Shown here: piece after piece, positions 16,601 to 25,059 of the stretch | How positions within the stretch are numbered: the first letter of the stretch is position 1 | Layout: every line of letters begins with the position of its first letter | DNA from: Pyrinomonadales bacterium | GTDB lineage: Bacteria > Acidobacteriota > Blastocatellia > Pyrinomonadales > Pyrinomonadaceae | DNA: 64,000 nt | Assembly: GCA_038226395.1 (NCBI GenBank) | Contig: JBBRQM010000004.1 | Span: 5,243-69,242 of the forward strand | Direction: 5' to 3' | Notes under the pieces: model-generated | What the model saw: the letters and a program-made list of their open reading frames with translations, nothing else | What the model was told of the DNA's origin: nothing | Databases searched by the model: none | Position numbers and translations under genes: made by a program

Positions 16601-17824
16601 TTACTGACGCCGGTATGTGATGCTCTGGCCATTGTCGGTGCGGACGGTGCGAATGCCATTTCCGCTGCGGATAACATTAGCCGTGGCGCCGGCAATCGTC
16701 AGAGTCGTCCCATACAGTGTTCCATAGACGGGGCCGCCGCCCATATCAACGGTTACCTGGCCGTCATTGGCGACGGTAAGATAGATCGTGCCGCCATTCT
16801 CCGGATTATTAGCTGCAAACGATCCGACCGCCCAATTGACGGGCACGCCTCCGTTACGGCCGCCATTCCCGCCGCCGTTATTGTTATTCCAAACGGTGCG
16901 TGAGTAATTGATAACCTCTCCGTTATCGTTGCGAGTGGTGCGGATGCCGTTGCCATAGCGGGTAATGCGCGAAGATGCACCATTGAGTTGGATCGAATTG
17001 CGGTAATACGTGCCGTAGTTGCTGTTGCCATTGATTAGCGCCGTCACCTGGCCGTTTGACTCGAGTGACAGAGTGATCTGCGACCCGTCCTGCGCGGTGC
17101 CGTAAAATGTGCCCTGTGCCCAGCTTGGCGGCGAGCTCATATTTCCGCTGCCGTTCCAGCCGCCTCCGCCGTTGCCGCCGCCGGAATTGACGCGTAAATA
17201 GTCTGTCGTCTGGCCGCTGTTTCGGTTATAAATCCGAATTCCGTTACCGTTTCTGGTTAAGGTCGAGGTTTCGCCGTTTAGATTGATCGATCCGCGATTA
17301 TACGTCCCGTAATTTGTCAGGCCAAAGTTGTGAAACGTCACCTGTCCGTTTGAGGCGATCGTCATCCTGACATATGACTCGTTGGACGAGTAAAATGAGC
17401 CGACAGCCCAACTCGGCGGTGAGCTCATATTGCCGTTGCCGTTCCAGCCGCCATCGTTGCCGTTGTTATTGTTATTCCATCCATTTCGCGTATAGTTGAT
17501 GACCTCGCCGTTATCGTTGCGGGTCGTGCGTATGCCGTTGCCGTTACGGGTAACGCGTGAATACGCTCCGTTGAGTTGAATCGAATTGCGATAATATGTG
17601 CCGTAGTTGCTGTTGCCATTGATCAGCGCTGTCACCTCGCCGTTTGAATCGAGTGTCAGAGTGATCTGCGAACCGTCCGGCGCGGTGCCGTAAAACGTGC
17701 CTTGGGCCCAACTCGGCGGCGAGCTTCTTCGTCCCTGTGCGTGTGTGGCTATCGGAATCGCGACAACCATCATCGCGAGGCAAAATACCGTCAAAATACC
17801 TACATAAAATTTTTTGTTTTTCAT
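16601..17824 (-). CDS. secreted repeat protein, four ~95-aa modules in A-B-A-B order, unknown function
   Basis: Signal peptide MKNKKFYVGILTVFCLAMMVVAIPIATHAQ. Each module starts SSPPSWA[QV]G[TS]FY and ends NGNGIR...Y. Modules are separated by Asn/Gly-rich linkers. GGGGGA SD before the ATG. Confidence 0.75.
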   Translation of the reverse strand: MKNKKFYVGILTVFCLAMMVVAIPIATHAQGRRSSPPSWAQGTFYGTAPDGSQITLTLDSNGEVTALINGNSNYGTYYRNSIQLNGAYSRVTRNGNGIRTTRNDNGEVINYTRNGWNNNNNGNDGGWNGNGNMSSPPSWAVGSFYSSNESYVRMTIASNGQVTFHNFGLTNYGTYNRGSINLNGETSTLTRNGNGIRIYNRNSGQTTDYLRVNSGGGNGGGGWNGSGNMSSPPSWAQGTFYGTAQDGSQITLSLESNGQVTALINGNSNYGTYYRNSIQLNGASSRITRYGNGIRTTRNDNGEVINYSRTVWNNNNGGGNGGRNGGVPVNWAVGSFAANNPENGGTIYLTVANDGQVTVDMGGGPVYGTLYGTTLTIAGATANVIRSGNGIRTVRTDNGQSITYRRQ

Positions 17825-18078
17825 ATCGTCCCCCTGTTGATTTTAATGGCTCTAGGCCACTTGCAACTTTTGATGAAAATTTACCGTCCGGGTCTGCCTG
17901 TAATCTATTGATCAGAAATCTTGGCCGGTCCTATTCGAATAAGGTCTTGTCGGTCTGATTATATTGCACAGCCCGTATTGTAACAACCGCTTTTACAAAC
18001 CATTATTGAAAATGAGCAAGAAATTACTGGCAATTTTATAATATTTTGTGGCATACTGCCTCTACAGGGGGTGATATT

Positions 18079-18114
18079 ATGATAAATAATTCAAACGAGG
18101 TAATCAGAAACTAG
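18079..18114 (+). promoter_or_regulatory. candidate leader mini-ORF (MINNSNEVIRN*) with strong SD
   Basis: GGGGGTGA at 18067-18074 and ATG at 18079. Of 11 codons, 4 are Asn. TATAAT at 18037-18042 lies upstream and a terminator lies downstream. Confidence 0.35.
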
Positions 18115-18152
18115 ACGGATCGTTTTTAACAGAATACGAACCGCTATTAACA

Positions 18153-18187
18153 AACGGCGCACTTTTTCGAGTGCGCCGTTTTATTTT
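18153..18187 (+). terminator. rho-independent terminator 28 nt upstream of queA
   Basis: AACGGCGCAC (18153-18162) pairs perfectly with GTGCGCCGTT (18171-18180), with an 8-nt loop and then TTATTTT. Confidence 0.75.
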
Positions 18188-18214
18188 ACGCTGCAAAATC
18201 TTCAAAATAACGAC

Positions 18215-19243
18215 ATGCTGATCTCCGATTTTGATTACAATCTGCCTGACGAACTTATAGCTCAAACGCCGCTGGCGAGCCGGGATGCTTCACGAATGCT
18301 GGTTGTCGATCGTGGCACAGGAGCTTTTAAAGACGAGGTATTTCTTAATCTTCCACATTTCCTTCGTCCGGATGATGTCATCGTCCTGAATAACACAAAG
18401 GTCTTTCCGGCACGGCTTTTTGGCAATGTGGAAACCGGTGCGAATGTTGAGATCTTTCTAATACGGGAAACAATGGAAAGCGTTTGGGAAGCACTCGCCC
18501 GTCCCATGAAACGTTTGAAACCCGGCAAGAAGATACTTTTTGGGGATAAATTGGCGGCGACAGTTATCGAAATACGAGATGGGAAAGTATTTTTGCGTTT
18601 TGAAACTACAGATGATCTGGATCAAATTCTTGATAAGATCGGACGGACTCCGCTGCCGCCATATATAAAAAGGATAACCACAGAGATCGACGCCGACCGC
18701 GAGCGTTACCAAACCATCTTTGCAAAAAACCGCGGAGCAATAGCGGCGCCGACCGCAGGGTTGCATTTTACACCAGAGATTATCGAAGCGATCAAAAACA
18801 TCGCTGTTATCGTCACCGAAATTACACTTCACGTGGGTTACGGAACATTTGAGCCAATCCGCGTCGATGACCTTGCAAATCATACAGTCTCGGCGGAAAG
18901 TTATGAGATCAGCGCCGAAACCGCCCTGATCCTCAATGACGCCAAAGCCGCCGGCCGCCGAATCGTCGCCATCGGTACGACTACCACCAGAGCATTGGAG
19001 GCCACGGTCTCAAAATTTGGGCGTTTTGTCGCGGGTTCTTATTCGGCTGACCTGACCATAATTCCAGGTTATACATTCAAGGGTGTCGATGCGCTGCTGA
19101 CAAATTTTCATCTACCACAAAGTTCTCTGCTTGTTTTGACTTCCGTCTTTGGCGGCCACCAACTTATAATGAGAGCTTACCAACACGCTGTAGAAGCTAA
19201 ATACCGTTTTTACAGTTACGGCGATTGTATGTTGATAGTTTAG
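18215..19243 (+). CDS. queA: S-adenosylmethionine:tRNA ribosyltransferase-isomerase
   Basis: 342 aa. FDYNLPDELIAQTPL, GRTPLPPYIKR and SYGDCMLI are QueA hallmarks. Confidence 0.95.
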   Translation: MLISDFDYNLPDELIAQTPLASRDASRMLVVDRGTGAFKDEVFLNLPHFLRPDDVIVLNNTKVFPARLFGNVETGANVEIFLIRETMESVWEALARPMKRLKPGKKILFGDKLAATVIEIRDGKVFLRFETTDDLDQILDKIGRTPLPPYIKRITTEIDADRERYQTIFAKNRGAIAAPTAGLHFTPEIIEAIKNIAVIVTEITLHVGYGTFEPIRVDDLANHTVSAESYEISAETALILNDAKAAGRRIVAIGTTTTRALEATVSKFGRFVAGSYSADLTIIPGYTFKGVDALLTNFHLPQSSLLVLTSVFGGHQLIMRAYQHAVEAKYRFYSYGDCMLIV

Positions 19244-19244
19244 C

Positions 19245-19318
19245 GAGTTAACAGAGTTGCTGAGTTAGCTGAGTTGTGGTTTTCCTCAACTCTGAAAACT
19301 CCGCAACTCGGCAAACTC
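19245..19318. repeat. word-hairpin element (GAGTTnnn words / CAACTC words)
   Basis: GAGTTAACAGAGTTGCTGAGTTAGCTGAGTTG faces CAACTCTGAAAACTCCGCAACTCGGCAAACTC, directly after the queA stop. Confidence 0.7.
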
Positions 19319-19327
19319 AAAACTTTT

Positions 19328-19861
19328 ATGGCTGTTTTAGAAACAATTCGTAATTTTTTTGTTCCGGCTTTTCCAGTCGAGCCTGAGGTGATCGTCCCGG
19401 CGCCGCCGTGTGTTTACGATATTCGTTTGTTGACAAGCGATCATTTGGCCGACGTCCTGCAGCTAAATGTCAGATGTTTTCGCAATGGGGATAACTATAC
19501 AAAACATACTTTTTCTTATCTTTTGAACGAGCCTCTAACGCTCAGCTATCGCGTCGTCACTCAAAAGGACGAGATCGTCGGATTTGCCTTTGTAATGGCT
19601 AATGAAAAAAACTCCGCTCATTTGACGACTATCGGCGTCGCCCCCGAGCACCGGCGTCGCGGAATCGCCGTACGGCTGCTCGACCACATCGAGCAGGCGT
19701 TGATGAACCGGAAGATTGGAACTGTGCTTCTCGAGGTCCGTGTAGGCAACACCGAGGCTCAAACGCTTTACCGCAAGTCCGGTTATACGGTGGTTCAACG
19801 GATTGGCAAGTATTACACCAATGGCGAAGACTGTTTTCTGATGATGAAGGCTCTTAATTAG
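19328..19861 (+). CDS. GNAT N-acetyltransferase, RimI-like
   Basis: LTTIGVAPEHRRRGIAVRLL is the acetyl-CoA-binding motif. ATG at 19328 is preferred over the GTG at 19274, which lies inside the hairpin. Confidence 0.75.
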   Translation: MAVLETIRNFFVPAFPVEPEVIVPAPPCVYDIRLLTSDHLADVLQLNVRCFRNGDNYTKHTFSYLLNEPLTLSYRVVTQKDEIVGFAFVMANEKNSAHLTTIGVAPEHRRRGIAVRLLDHIEQALMNRKIGTVLLEVRVGNTEAQTLYRKSGYTVVQRIGKYYTNGEDCFLMMKALN

Positions 19862-19936
19862 TTCAAAGTCCAAGGTTCAAAGTTCAAGGTTGGGCGTTTG
19901 AACCAGACTTTGAACTTTGAACATTAAACTTTGAAC
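19862..19936. repeat. word-hairpin element (GTTCAAAG words / CTTTGAAC words)
   Basis: TTCAAAGTCCAAGGTTCAAAGTTCAAGGT faces ACTTTGAACTTTGAACATTAAACTTTGAAC, between the rimI-like stop and the thiE start. Confidence 0.75.
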
Positions 19937-20557
19937 TATTCACTTCCCAAAATCTATCCGATCACTGACTCCAGTATTTCCGGTATTTCACACGTCGCGC
20001 AGGTAGAGCGGCTCATTGCGGGTGGCGCTCGTTTAATCCAGCTTCGCGAAAAACACGCGCCGTCAGATGCATTTTATAAATCCGCTCAAGCTGCAATGCT
20101 CATCACCCGTGAAAATGGCGTCAGGATTATCATCAATGACCGGGTGGACATCGCCTTGGCAGTCAAAGCCGACGGCATTCACCTCGGACAAGACGACCTT
20201 CCTCCCGAAAATGCACGCAGGATCCTCGGCGACGATGCTGTCATTGGATTTTCGACCCATTCAATCGAACAGGCCCGGCATGCGATATCTATGCCGGTCA
20301 ATTACATCGCCATCGGCCCCCTATTCCCGACAAAAACAAAGGAAAATCCAGACGAAACTATTGGCATCGAGGGGCTGCGGCGGGTGCGTGATTCGATAGG
20401 AGATTTTCCGCTTGTTGCCATCGGCGGCATTACTATCGACAACATCGCTTCAGTTTTTGAGGCAGGCGCAGGTTGCGCCGCGATGATTGGAGAGTTGCTT
20501 TCAGAGCCAGATGCGATCAGCGAAAAGACAAGAGAGTTTCTAACATTCTGTCAATGA
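19931..20557 (+). CDS. thiE: thiamine-phosphate synthase
   Basis: IYPITDS, LIQLREK and IINDRVDIALAVKADGIHLGQDDL are ThiE blocks. TTG start per the ORF track. Confidence 0.9.
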   Translation: MNYSLPKIYPITDSSISGISHVAQVERLIAGGARLIQLREKHAPSDAFYKSAQAAMLITRENGVRIIINDRVDIALAVKADGIHLGQDDLPPENARRILGDDAVIGFSTHSIEQARHAISMPVNYIAIGPLFPTKTKENPDETIGIEGLRRVRDSIGDFPLVAIGGITIDNIASVFEAGAGCAAMIGELLSEPDAISEKTREFLTFCQ

Positions 20558-20714
20558 AACGCCAAACATTGTTAAATATTTATAAAAACCCTTGCTATTT
20601 ATCCACACAATAAGCAATAATAATGAATGACGATGAGGGTCATTATCCTACCGACCTGATCGTATCCTTATCTTTCCTGCTTCGCCCGATCTCTTTTAGG
20701 AGTAAATCCAACCA

Positions 20715-21917
20715 ATGAGTTTGCTTGATGTAGCACCCATTATTGAGCAGATGCTGCTCGTTTCCGAAAATGTCAGCGACCTTAATTTTTCCTGTGGACA
20801 AAAACCACAGGTCGAGATCAGCGGCGTGCTGTATTCGGCGGCGCCGATGGGTCTCGGCAAATTATCGGCGTTTCAGACAGAGATGATCGCAATGTCGATC
20901 CTTCGTGATAATCCCGACGCTGCGCTGCAGTTGGCAAAATTTCGGACGGCTGATCTTAGTTACGCTCTGCCTGGAAAATGCCGTTTCCGCGTTAATATCT
21001 TCCAACAACGCAATTCGTTCTCGATCGTGATGCGCGTCATTCCACACGATATACCGACTTTTGACTCGCTTCACTTGCCTCTGCAGCTCGCGGATATTGC
21101 CGAGATTCGGAATGGCGTAGTTTTGCTTACGGGTCCGACAGGTTCCGGCAAAAGCTCGACACTCGCCGCCATAATCGACCGGATCAACGAGACCAAGGCG
21201 TATCATATTGTGACAATTGAGGATCCGATCGAATTTCTTCACAATCACAAAAAATCTACGATCAATCAGCGCGAGATCGGTGCAGATACAAAGGATTTTG
21301 CCTCTGCCCTGCGAGCTGCACTTCGCCAGGCCCCGAAAGTGATTCTCGTCGGCGAAATGAGAGATCTCGAAACGGCCGAGATTGCGCTCGAAGCTGCCGA
21401 AACGGGTCATTTGGTGCTCTCGACGCTGCACACGATCGATGCGTCAAAGACCATCGACCGCGTCATCGGCCTCTATCCCAAAAACGAGGAACGCATCATC
21501 CGCACGCGGCTCGCCCAAACGTTTCGTTATATCGTCTCCCAGCGTCTGATCCCGCGTTCCGATGGCAAGGGACGAATGGCTGCCGTCGAAATACTGAAAT
21601 CCAACCCGCGAACCCGCGAATATATCGAAAAGGGTGAGACTGAGGGCAAAACTCTACTCGACGCCATTCGTGACGGTGAAATCGATGGTATGCAGGATTT
21701 TGACGGGGTGATTCGCGGCATGATCGAACGCAATGAGATCACGATGGAGGACGGTCTCTCGTTTGCCACAAACCAGAATAATCTCCTGCTGCAACTCAAG
21801 GGCCTATCCTCGACCGAGGATTATGTCAAAACTCATCAGCCCAAACCCATGCCCAAACAGGCCGTTCCGCCGCCGCCGCCGGAAAATCCCGATTCGGTGT
21901 TAAACATGATCGAATAG
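20715..21917 (+). CDS. pilT: PilT/PilU-family type IV pilus retraction ATPase with Pro-rich C-terminal extension
   Basis: Walker A LLTGPTGSGKSST. Asp box / Walker B VILVGEMRDLET. His box ETGHLVLSTLHT. There are about 50 extra C-terminal residues, including PPPPPENP. Confidence 0.88.
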   Translation: MSLLDVAPIIEQMLLVSENVSDLNFSCGQKPQVEISGVLYSAAPMGLGKLSAFQTEMIAMSILRDNPDAALQLAKFRTADLSYALPGKCRFRVNIFQQRNSFSIVMRVIPHDIPTFDSLHLPLQLADIAEIRNGVVLLTGPTGSGKSSTLAAIIDRINETKAYHIVTIEDPIEFLHNHKKSTINQREIGADTKDFASALRAALRQAPKVILVGEMRDLETAEIALEAAETGHLVLSTLHTIDASKTIDRVIGLYPKNEERIIRTRLAQTFRYIVSQRLIPRSDGKGRMAAVEILKSNPRTREYIEKGETEGKTLLDAIRDGEIDGMQDFDGVIRGMIERNEITMEDGLSFATNQNNLLLQLKGLSSTEDYVKTHQPKPMPKQAVPPPPPENPDSVLNMIE

Positions 21918-21951
21918 ATAGCCCAAAAATGACCACTGACAACCGACAACT

Positions 21952-22683
21952 ATGATTATAAGATGCGACAATTGCTCTGTTTCCTTACAGCTGGATGAGT
22001 CCAAGATCCCGAGCGGAAACTTTACCGTTCGCTGTCCGCGTTGCCAAAATATGCTGCGTGTGCAAAAAGATGCGACCGGCAAGGGACTCTCTTCGGTTCA
22101 GCAGCTCGAGGCTAATCAGCCGGCTCCCGCGACGGCCGACGGCGCCCAGGATTTCGCCGCCAAGGAAGCCGACGCCCAGATCAATAATGCGTTGCGGTCG
22201 CTGATGACGGCTCTGCAAACAGAAAAGACGGTTCTCGAAACCAATGACGATGAGGCTGTAAAACCCCGCCGGATTCTGCTATGCGTAGGGCAAAAATGCG
22301 ACGAAACCGCAAGGATCCTAGCACAGGCCGGTTACAAGGTATATGTCGCAAAGACGCCGGCCCAGGCAAACGAGCGGCTTAGAGAGGGCAAAACCGAACT
22401 GCTCATTTTTTCATCTGATTTTGCACCTGAGCTTGGCGGAGCGGCTGTAATCCAGCAAAAAGCGAATGCGATGTATTCATCAGAGCGCCGCCGCCTGTTT
22501 CTCATATCTCTCGAAGAGGACGGCACCACGATGAACGCTCACGACGCCTTTCTGCGCAATCTGAATCTCATCGTAAACAGCAATGATCTGGCGCAGCTTC
22601 CGCTCGTTCTAAACCGTTCCATCAACGACTACAACGACTTTTACAATTACTTCAATAAAGCATCCGGCTTGCAGCCAATTTAA
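21952..22683 (+). CDS. MJ0042-type zinc-ribbon protein with C-terminal receiver-like domain
   Basis: N-terminus MIIRCDNCSVSLQ...VRCPRCQNMLRV (CxxC...CxxC). The C-terminal ~120 aa show a beta-alpha pattern reminiscent of CheY-like folds (RRILLCVG...ELLIFSSDF). Confidence 0.55.
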   Translation: MIIRCDNCSVSLQLDESKIPSGNFTVRCPRCQNMLRVQKDATGKGLSSVQQLEANQPAPATADGAQDFAAKEADAQINNALRSLMTALQTEKTVLETNDDEAVKPRRILLCVGQKCDETARILAQAGYKVYVAKTPAQANERLREGKTELLIFSSDFAPELGGAAVIQQKANAMYSSERRRLFLISLEEDGTTMNAHDAFLRNLNLIVNSNDLAQLPLVLNRSINDYNDFYNYFNKASGLQPI

Positions 22684-22695
22684 AACGAGCGCGGC

Positions 22696-23754
22696 CTAAA
22701 GCATGGCAAGCTCACAAACCAGCATTTCGATCTGCATTCTGGCAGCTGCGGGGCCGCCGCCACCCATTGAGGTTTTAATGGCGAGATCGGTCTTTGCCAG
22801 CCGCTGAATTGCGGCTGTGAGCTTACGTGTATCGGCATGACGAGCGGCGGTTAGGAACGGTTCCTGATCGTTATATCTTAGCCTGACGGCATTGGCGACC
22901 TCGCGCCGATTGACGCCGCGCTCCATCAAGCCCTTTGCGATCAACAGATTTCGATAGTTGTATGCGATCAGGCCGAGAAACTGTAGCGGTTCGGCCCCGT
23001 CATCGAGTATCTTTTTCAACGCTGCGAGAGCCTGCGTGCCTTTCCGAGCGACCAGATAACGGGTTACCTCAAAGTGATCCTGTCCGCGTGTGCGGGCGAC
23101 GAGCGATTCGACCAGATCGCCGGTGATCTGTGTGCCCGGCAGAGCGGCGGCGGTAAGTTTGCCTATTTCGTTTGTTAGACGCCGGACATCAGGGCCGACG
23201 CGCCCGATCAGCAGATGCAGCGTCGCCCCATCCATAATGGCACCGGCCTTTTTAACCTCATTTCCGGCCCAGTCCGTCAATTCCCCGTCGCTCAGGCTTT
23301 TGAATTCGACGGCAACCATCTTTTCCCGCAGGAATTTGCCCATCTTACGCACGCCGTTCAGTTCGTCGGCGACAAAAATTAAGACCGATGTTGGCGACGG
23401 GTTTGCGAGATAGGCCGAGATTATCTTTTCATGTTCTTCAGTAATAGTGTCGCGATGTCCGCTAGCCGAGACCCGAATATCTGTTACACGCACGACCCGG
23501 CGGGTCGCCATCATCGGCAATTGCTGCGCGGCGGCCAGCGCCCGCTTTAAATTATCTTCAGTATTCAGGCTAAAACTGGTTTCGTTAAAATCGCGGAAAT
23601 CACCCTCGGCAAACGAAAGGTCAGTGATAGTTTTGGCCGCGACATCGCGAAGATAAGTCTCCGGCCCAAACAGCAAATAGACAGGCACGATCTCACGCCG
23701 TTTCAACTGATTCCGTAGATCTTCCCTTGAAAAAACCATAAGATTTTTAGCCAC
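22696..23754 (-). CDS. holA: DNA polymerase III subunit delta
   Basis: 352 aa. The N-terminus VYLLFGPETYL is typical of HolA. Synteny with lptE upstream matches many bacteria. Confidence 0.85.
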   Translation of the reverse strand: MAKNLMVFSREDLRNQLKRREIVPVYLLFGPETYLRDVAAKTITDLSFAEGDFRDFNETSFSLNTEDNLKRALAAAQQLPMMATRRVVRVTDIRVSASGHRDTITEEHEKIISAYLANPSPTSVLIFVADELNGVRKMGKFLREKMVAVEFKSLSDGELTDWAGNEVKKAGAIMDGATLHLLIGRVGPDVRRLTNEIGKLTAAALPGTQITGDLVESLVARTRGQDHFEVTRYLVARKGTQALAALKKILDDGAEPLQFLGLIAYNYRNLLIAKGLMERGVNRREVANAVRLRYNDQEPFLTAARHADTRKLTAAIQRLAKTDLAIKTSMGGGGPAAARMQIEMLVCELAML

Positions 23755-23776
23755 AAAAAGCCAAGAAAAAATTAGT

Positions 23777-23861
23777 CGCAGATGAACGCAGATAAATACA
23801 GATCAGAAATGTTTGATTTAATCCTTCTGGTTTTATCTGCGCATATCTGCGTTCATCTGCG
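23777..23861. repeat. word-hairpin element (perfect 17-bp arms CGCAGATGAACGCAGAT / ATCTGCGTTCATCTGCG)
   Basis: Arms at 23777-23793 and 23845-23861, read directly, between lptE and holA. Confidence 0.8.
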
Positions 23862-23872
23862 GCTAAAAATTC

Positions 23873-24427
23873 CTAATGTTTTTCTTCCTTTACACCGATG
23901 CCGTTGACGAATGCGGATACGACAGATTCTGCAAAAGCCCGGGCTATTCGTTCGACAGCAGGGTCTTCTTCGTTAAAGAACGATCGGGGATCGGACGAAA
24001 ATTCAAATGAATCGCGGAATATAAAATTCTGATTATCGTAAAGGATCGTATTGTCCTTTAGATCGCGGATGGTTACGGCTGTTACGATCGTAACCTCATA
24101 AACGCGAGCGCGGCCCTGGCTGTCGAGCAGTACGCCGGAAAATGCAAAATCGCGAATTGTGCCCTCGACAACGGCGTCAGCACCGGTACGCGAGCCCTGA
24201 ACCTTAAGCCCGTTGCCTCTAAGGATGATCTCCTTTGTCACCGCTGTCGTAAAACGCGATTCGAGCCGATAACGCAAAGCCTTTGCCTCAAACTGAAAAG
24301 CAGGGACGGCGACGGTTTTGATGTTCTTCGGCAGGCCCGAATTCGTCACCGGTTTGTAGCAATCCGTAAACCCAAAGCCTGAAATGGCAATGGCAAAAAA
24401 AACAATACTTCGTATAATTCTTATCAT
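23873..24427 (-). CDS. lptE: LptE-like outer-membrane lipoprotein
   Basis: 184 aa with an N-terminal hydrophobic signal containing Cys (GFGFTDC). Position immediately upstream of holA matches the conserved lptE-holA arrangement. Sequence evidence alone is weak. Confidence 0.55.
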   Translation of the reverse strand: MIRIIRSIVFFAIAISGFGFTDCYKPVTNSGLPKNIKTVAVPAFQFEAKALRYRLESRFTTAVTKEIILRGNGLKVQGSRTGADAVVEGTIRDFAFSGVLLDSQGRARVYEVTIVTAVTIRDLKDNTILYDNQNFIFRDSFEFSSDPRSFFNEEDPAVERIARAFAESVVSAFVNGIGVKEEKH

Positions 24428-25059
24428 TTAGACCTTTTGTTCGACTTTAGAAAAAAGAATAAACCGGTGATGATGATAACCATCCCCACCAAAATCCCGG
24501 CTATAATATTTATCTTGCCCGACTCCGTCTGTGACCGGACGGGCGGCGTTTTATCTGGTGTCGCATCACTAATGAAGCCCGGAGCATTGGCCTTTGGCTC
24601 AGCAACCAGAGAGCCGTTACGCCGTATGACACCATAACGATTTTGCCTCAATTCATCCCCATCAGCGGGTTGAGAGTCAAAAAATCGGTGCTTGAATAAG
24701 GTGACCATTCCCGATATTCGTCCCGAGGCAATATCCGCTTGTATCTTTGCCGGATATTTCCCGGCATTGTCCGTAGGCTGTGACTGCAGTGCAACTCTCG
24801 GCACGGCTACGACAGTTCCCAAACTGAATCCAGGTGCTGTATCAAGCGGCCAGATCGGCTCTTCTATTCCCTCCATAACTGGGATTTCCTTAACACGCGT
24901 CCCTGAGATCAGAAAGAAGCTGTAATCCTTAAGATCCTCGGTTGTCTCGATCGAGATCTGTGAATTCGGGCCTCGATACTGAGGAGCGGGAGCGTTTGGC
25001 CAGACGGTCGTTAAAGGCAAGATGAGGATTCCGACCAGAAATATTATCGTTCTAAACAT
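24424..25059 (-). CDS. hypothetical membrane-anchored protein
   Basis: 211 aa with an N-terminal signal/anchor and a C-terminal TM helix (IIAGILVGMVIIITGLFFFL). Translationally coupled to folP and lptE by overlaps. Confidence 0.55.
   Translation of the reverse strand: MFRTIIFLVGILILPLTTVWPNAPAPQYRGPNSQISIETTEDLKDYSFFLISGTRVKEIPVMEGIEEPIWPLDTAPGFSLGTVVAVPRVALQSQPTDNAGKYPAKIQADIASGRISGMVTLFKHRFFDSQPADGDELRQNRYGVIRRNGSLVAEPKANAPGFISDATPDKTPPVRSQTESGKINIIAGILVGMVIIITGLFFFLKSNKRSK

Noticed and set aside
17960-18214. preQ1 riboswitch upstream of queA
   Set aside because: I could not find the preQ1-I/II/III core (short P1 stem followed by a conserved C-rich loop and an A-rich tail ending in the SD). 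Only a generic hairpin and a terminator are present.
19862-19936. TPP riboswitch upstream of thiE
   Set aside because: There are no CUGAGA or ACCUGAUCUGGAUAAUGCCAGC-type THI-box motifs. The sequence is a GTTCAAAG-word hairpin.
20623-20718. 31-codon ORF overlapping the pilT start (ATGA), and a similar 11-codon ORF ending in ATGA at the VWA gene start (about 45286-45322)
   Set aside because: They have no SD, no compositional or regulatory logic, and no associated terminator. They are probably chance ORFs in AT-rich leaders.
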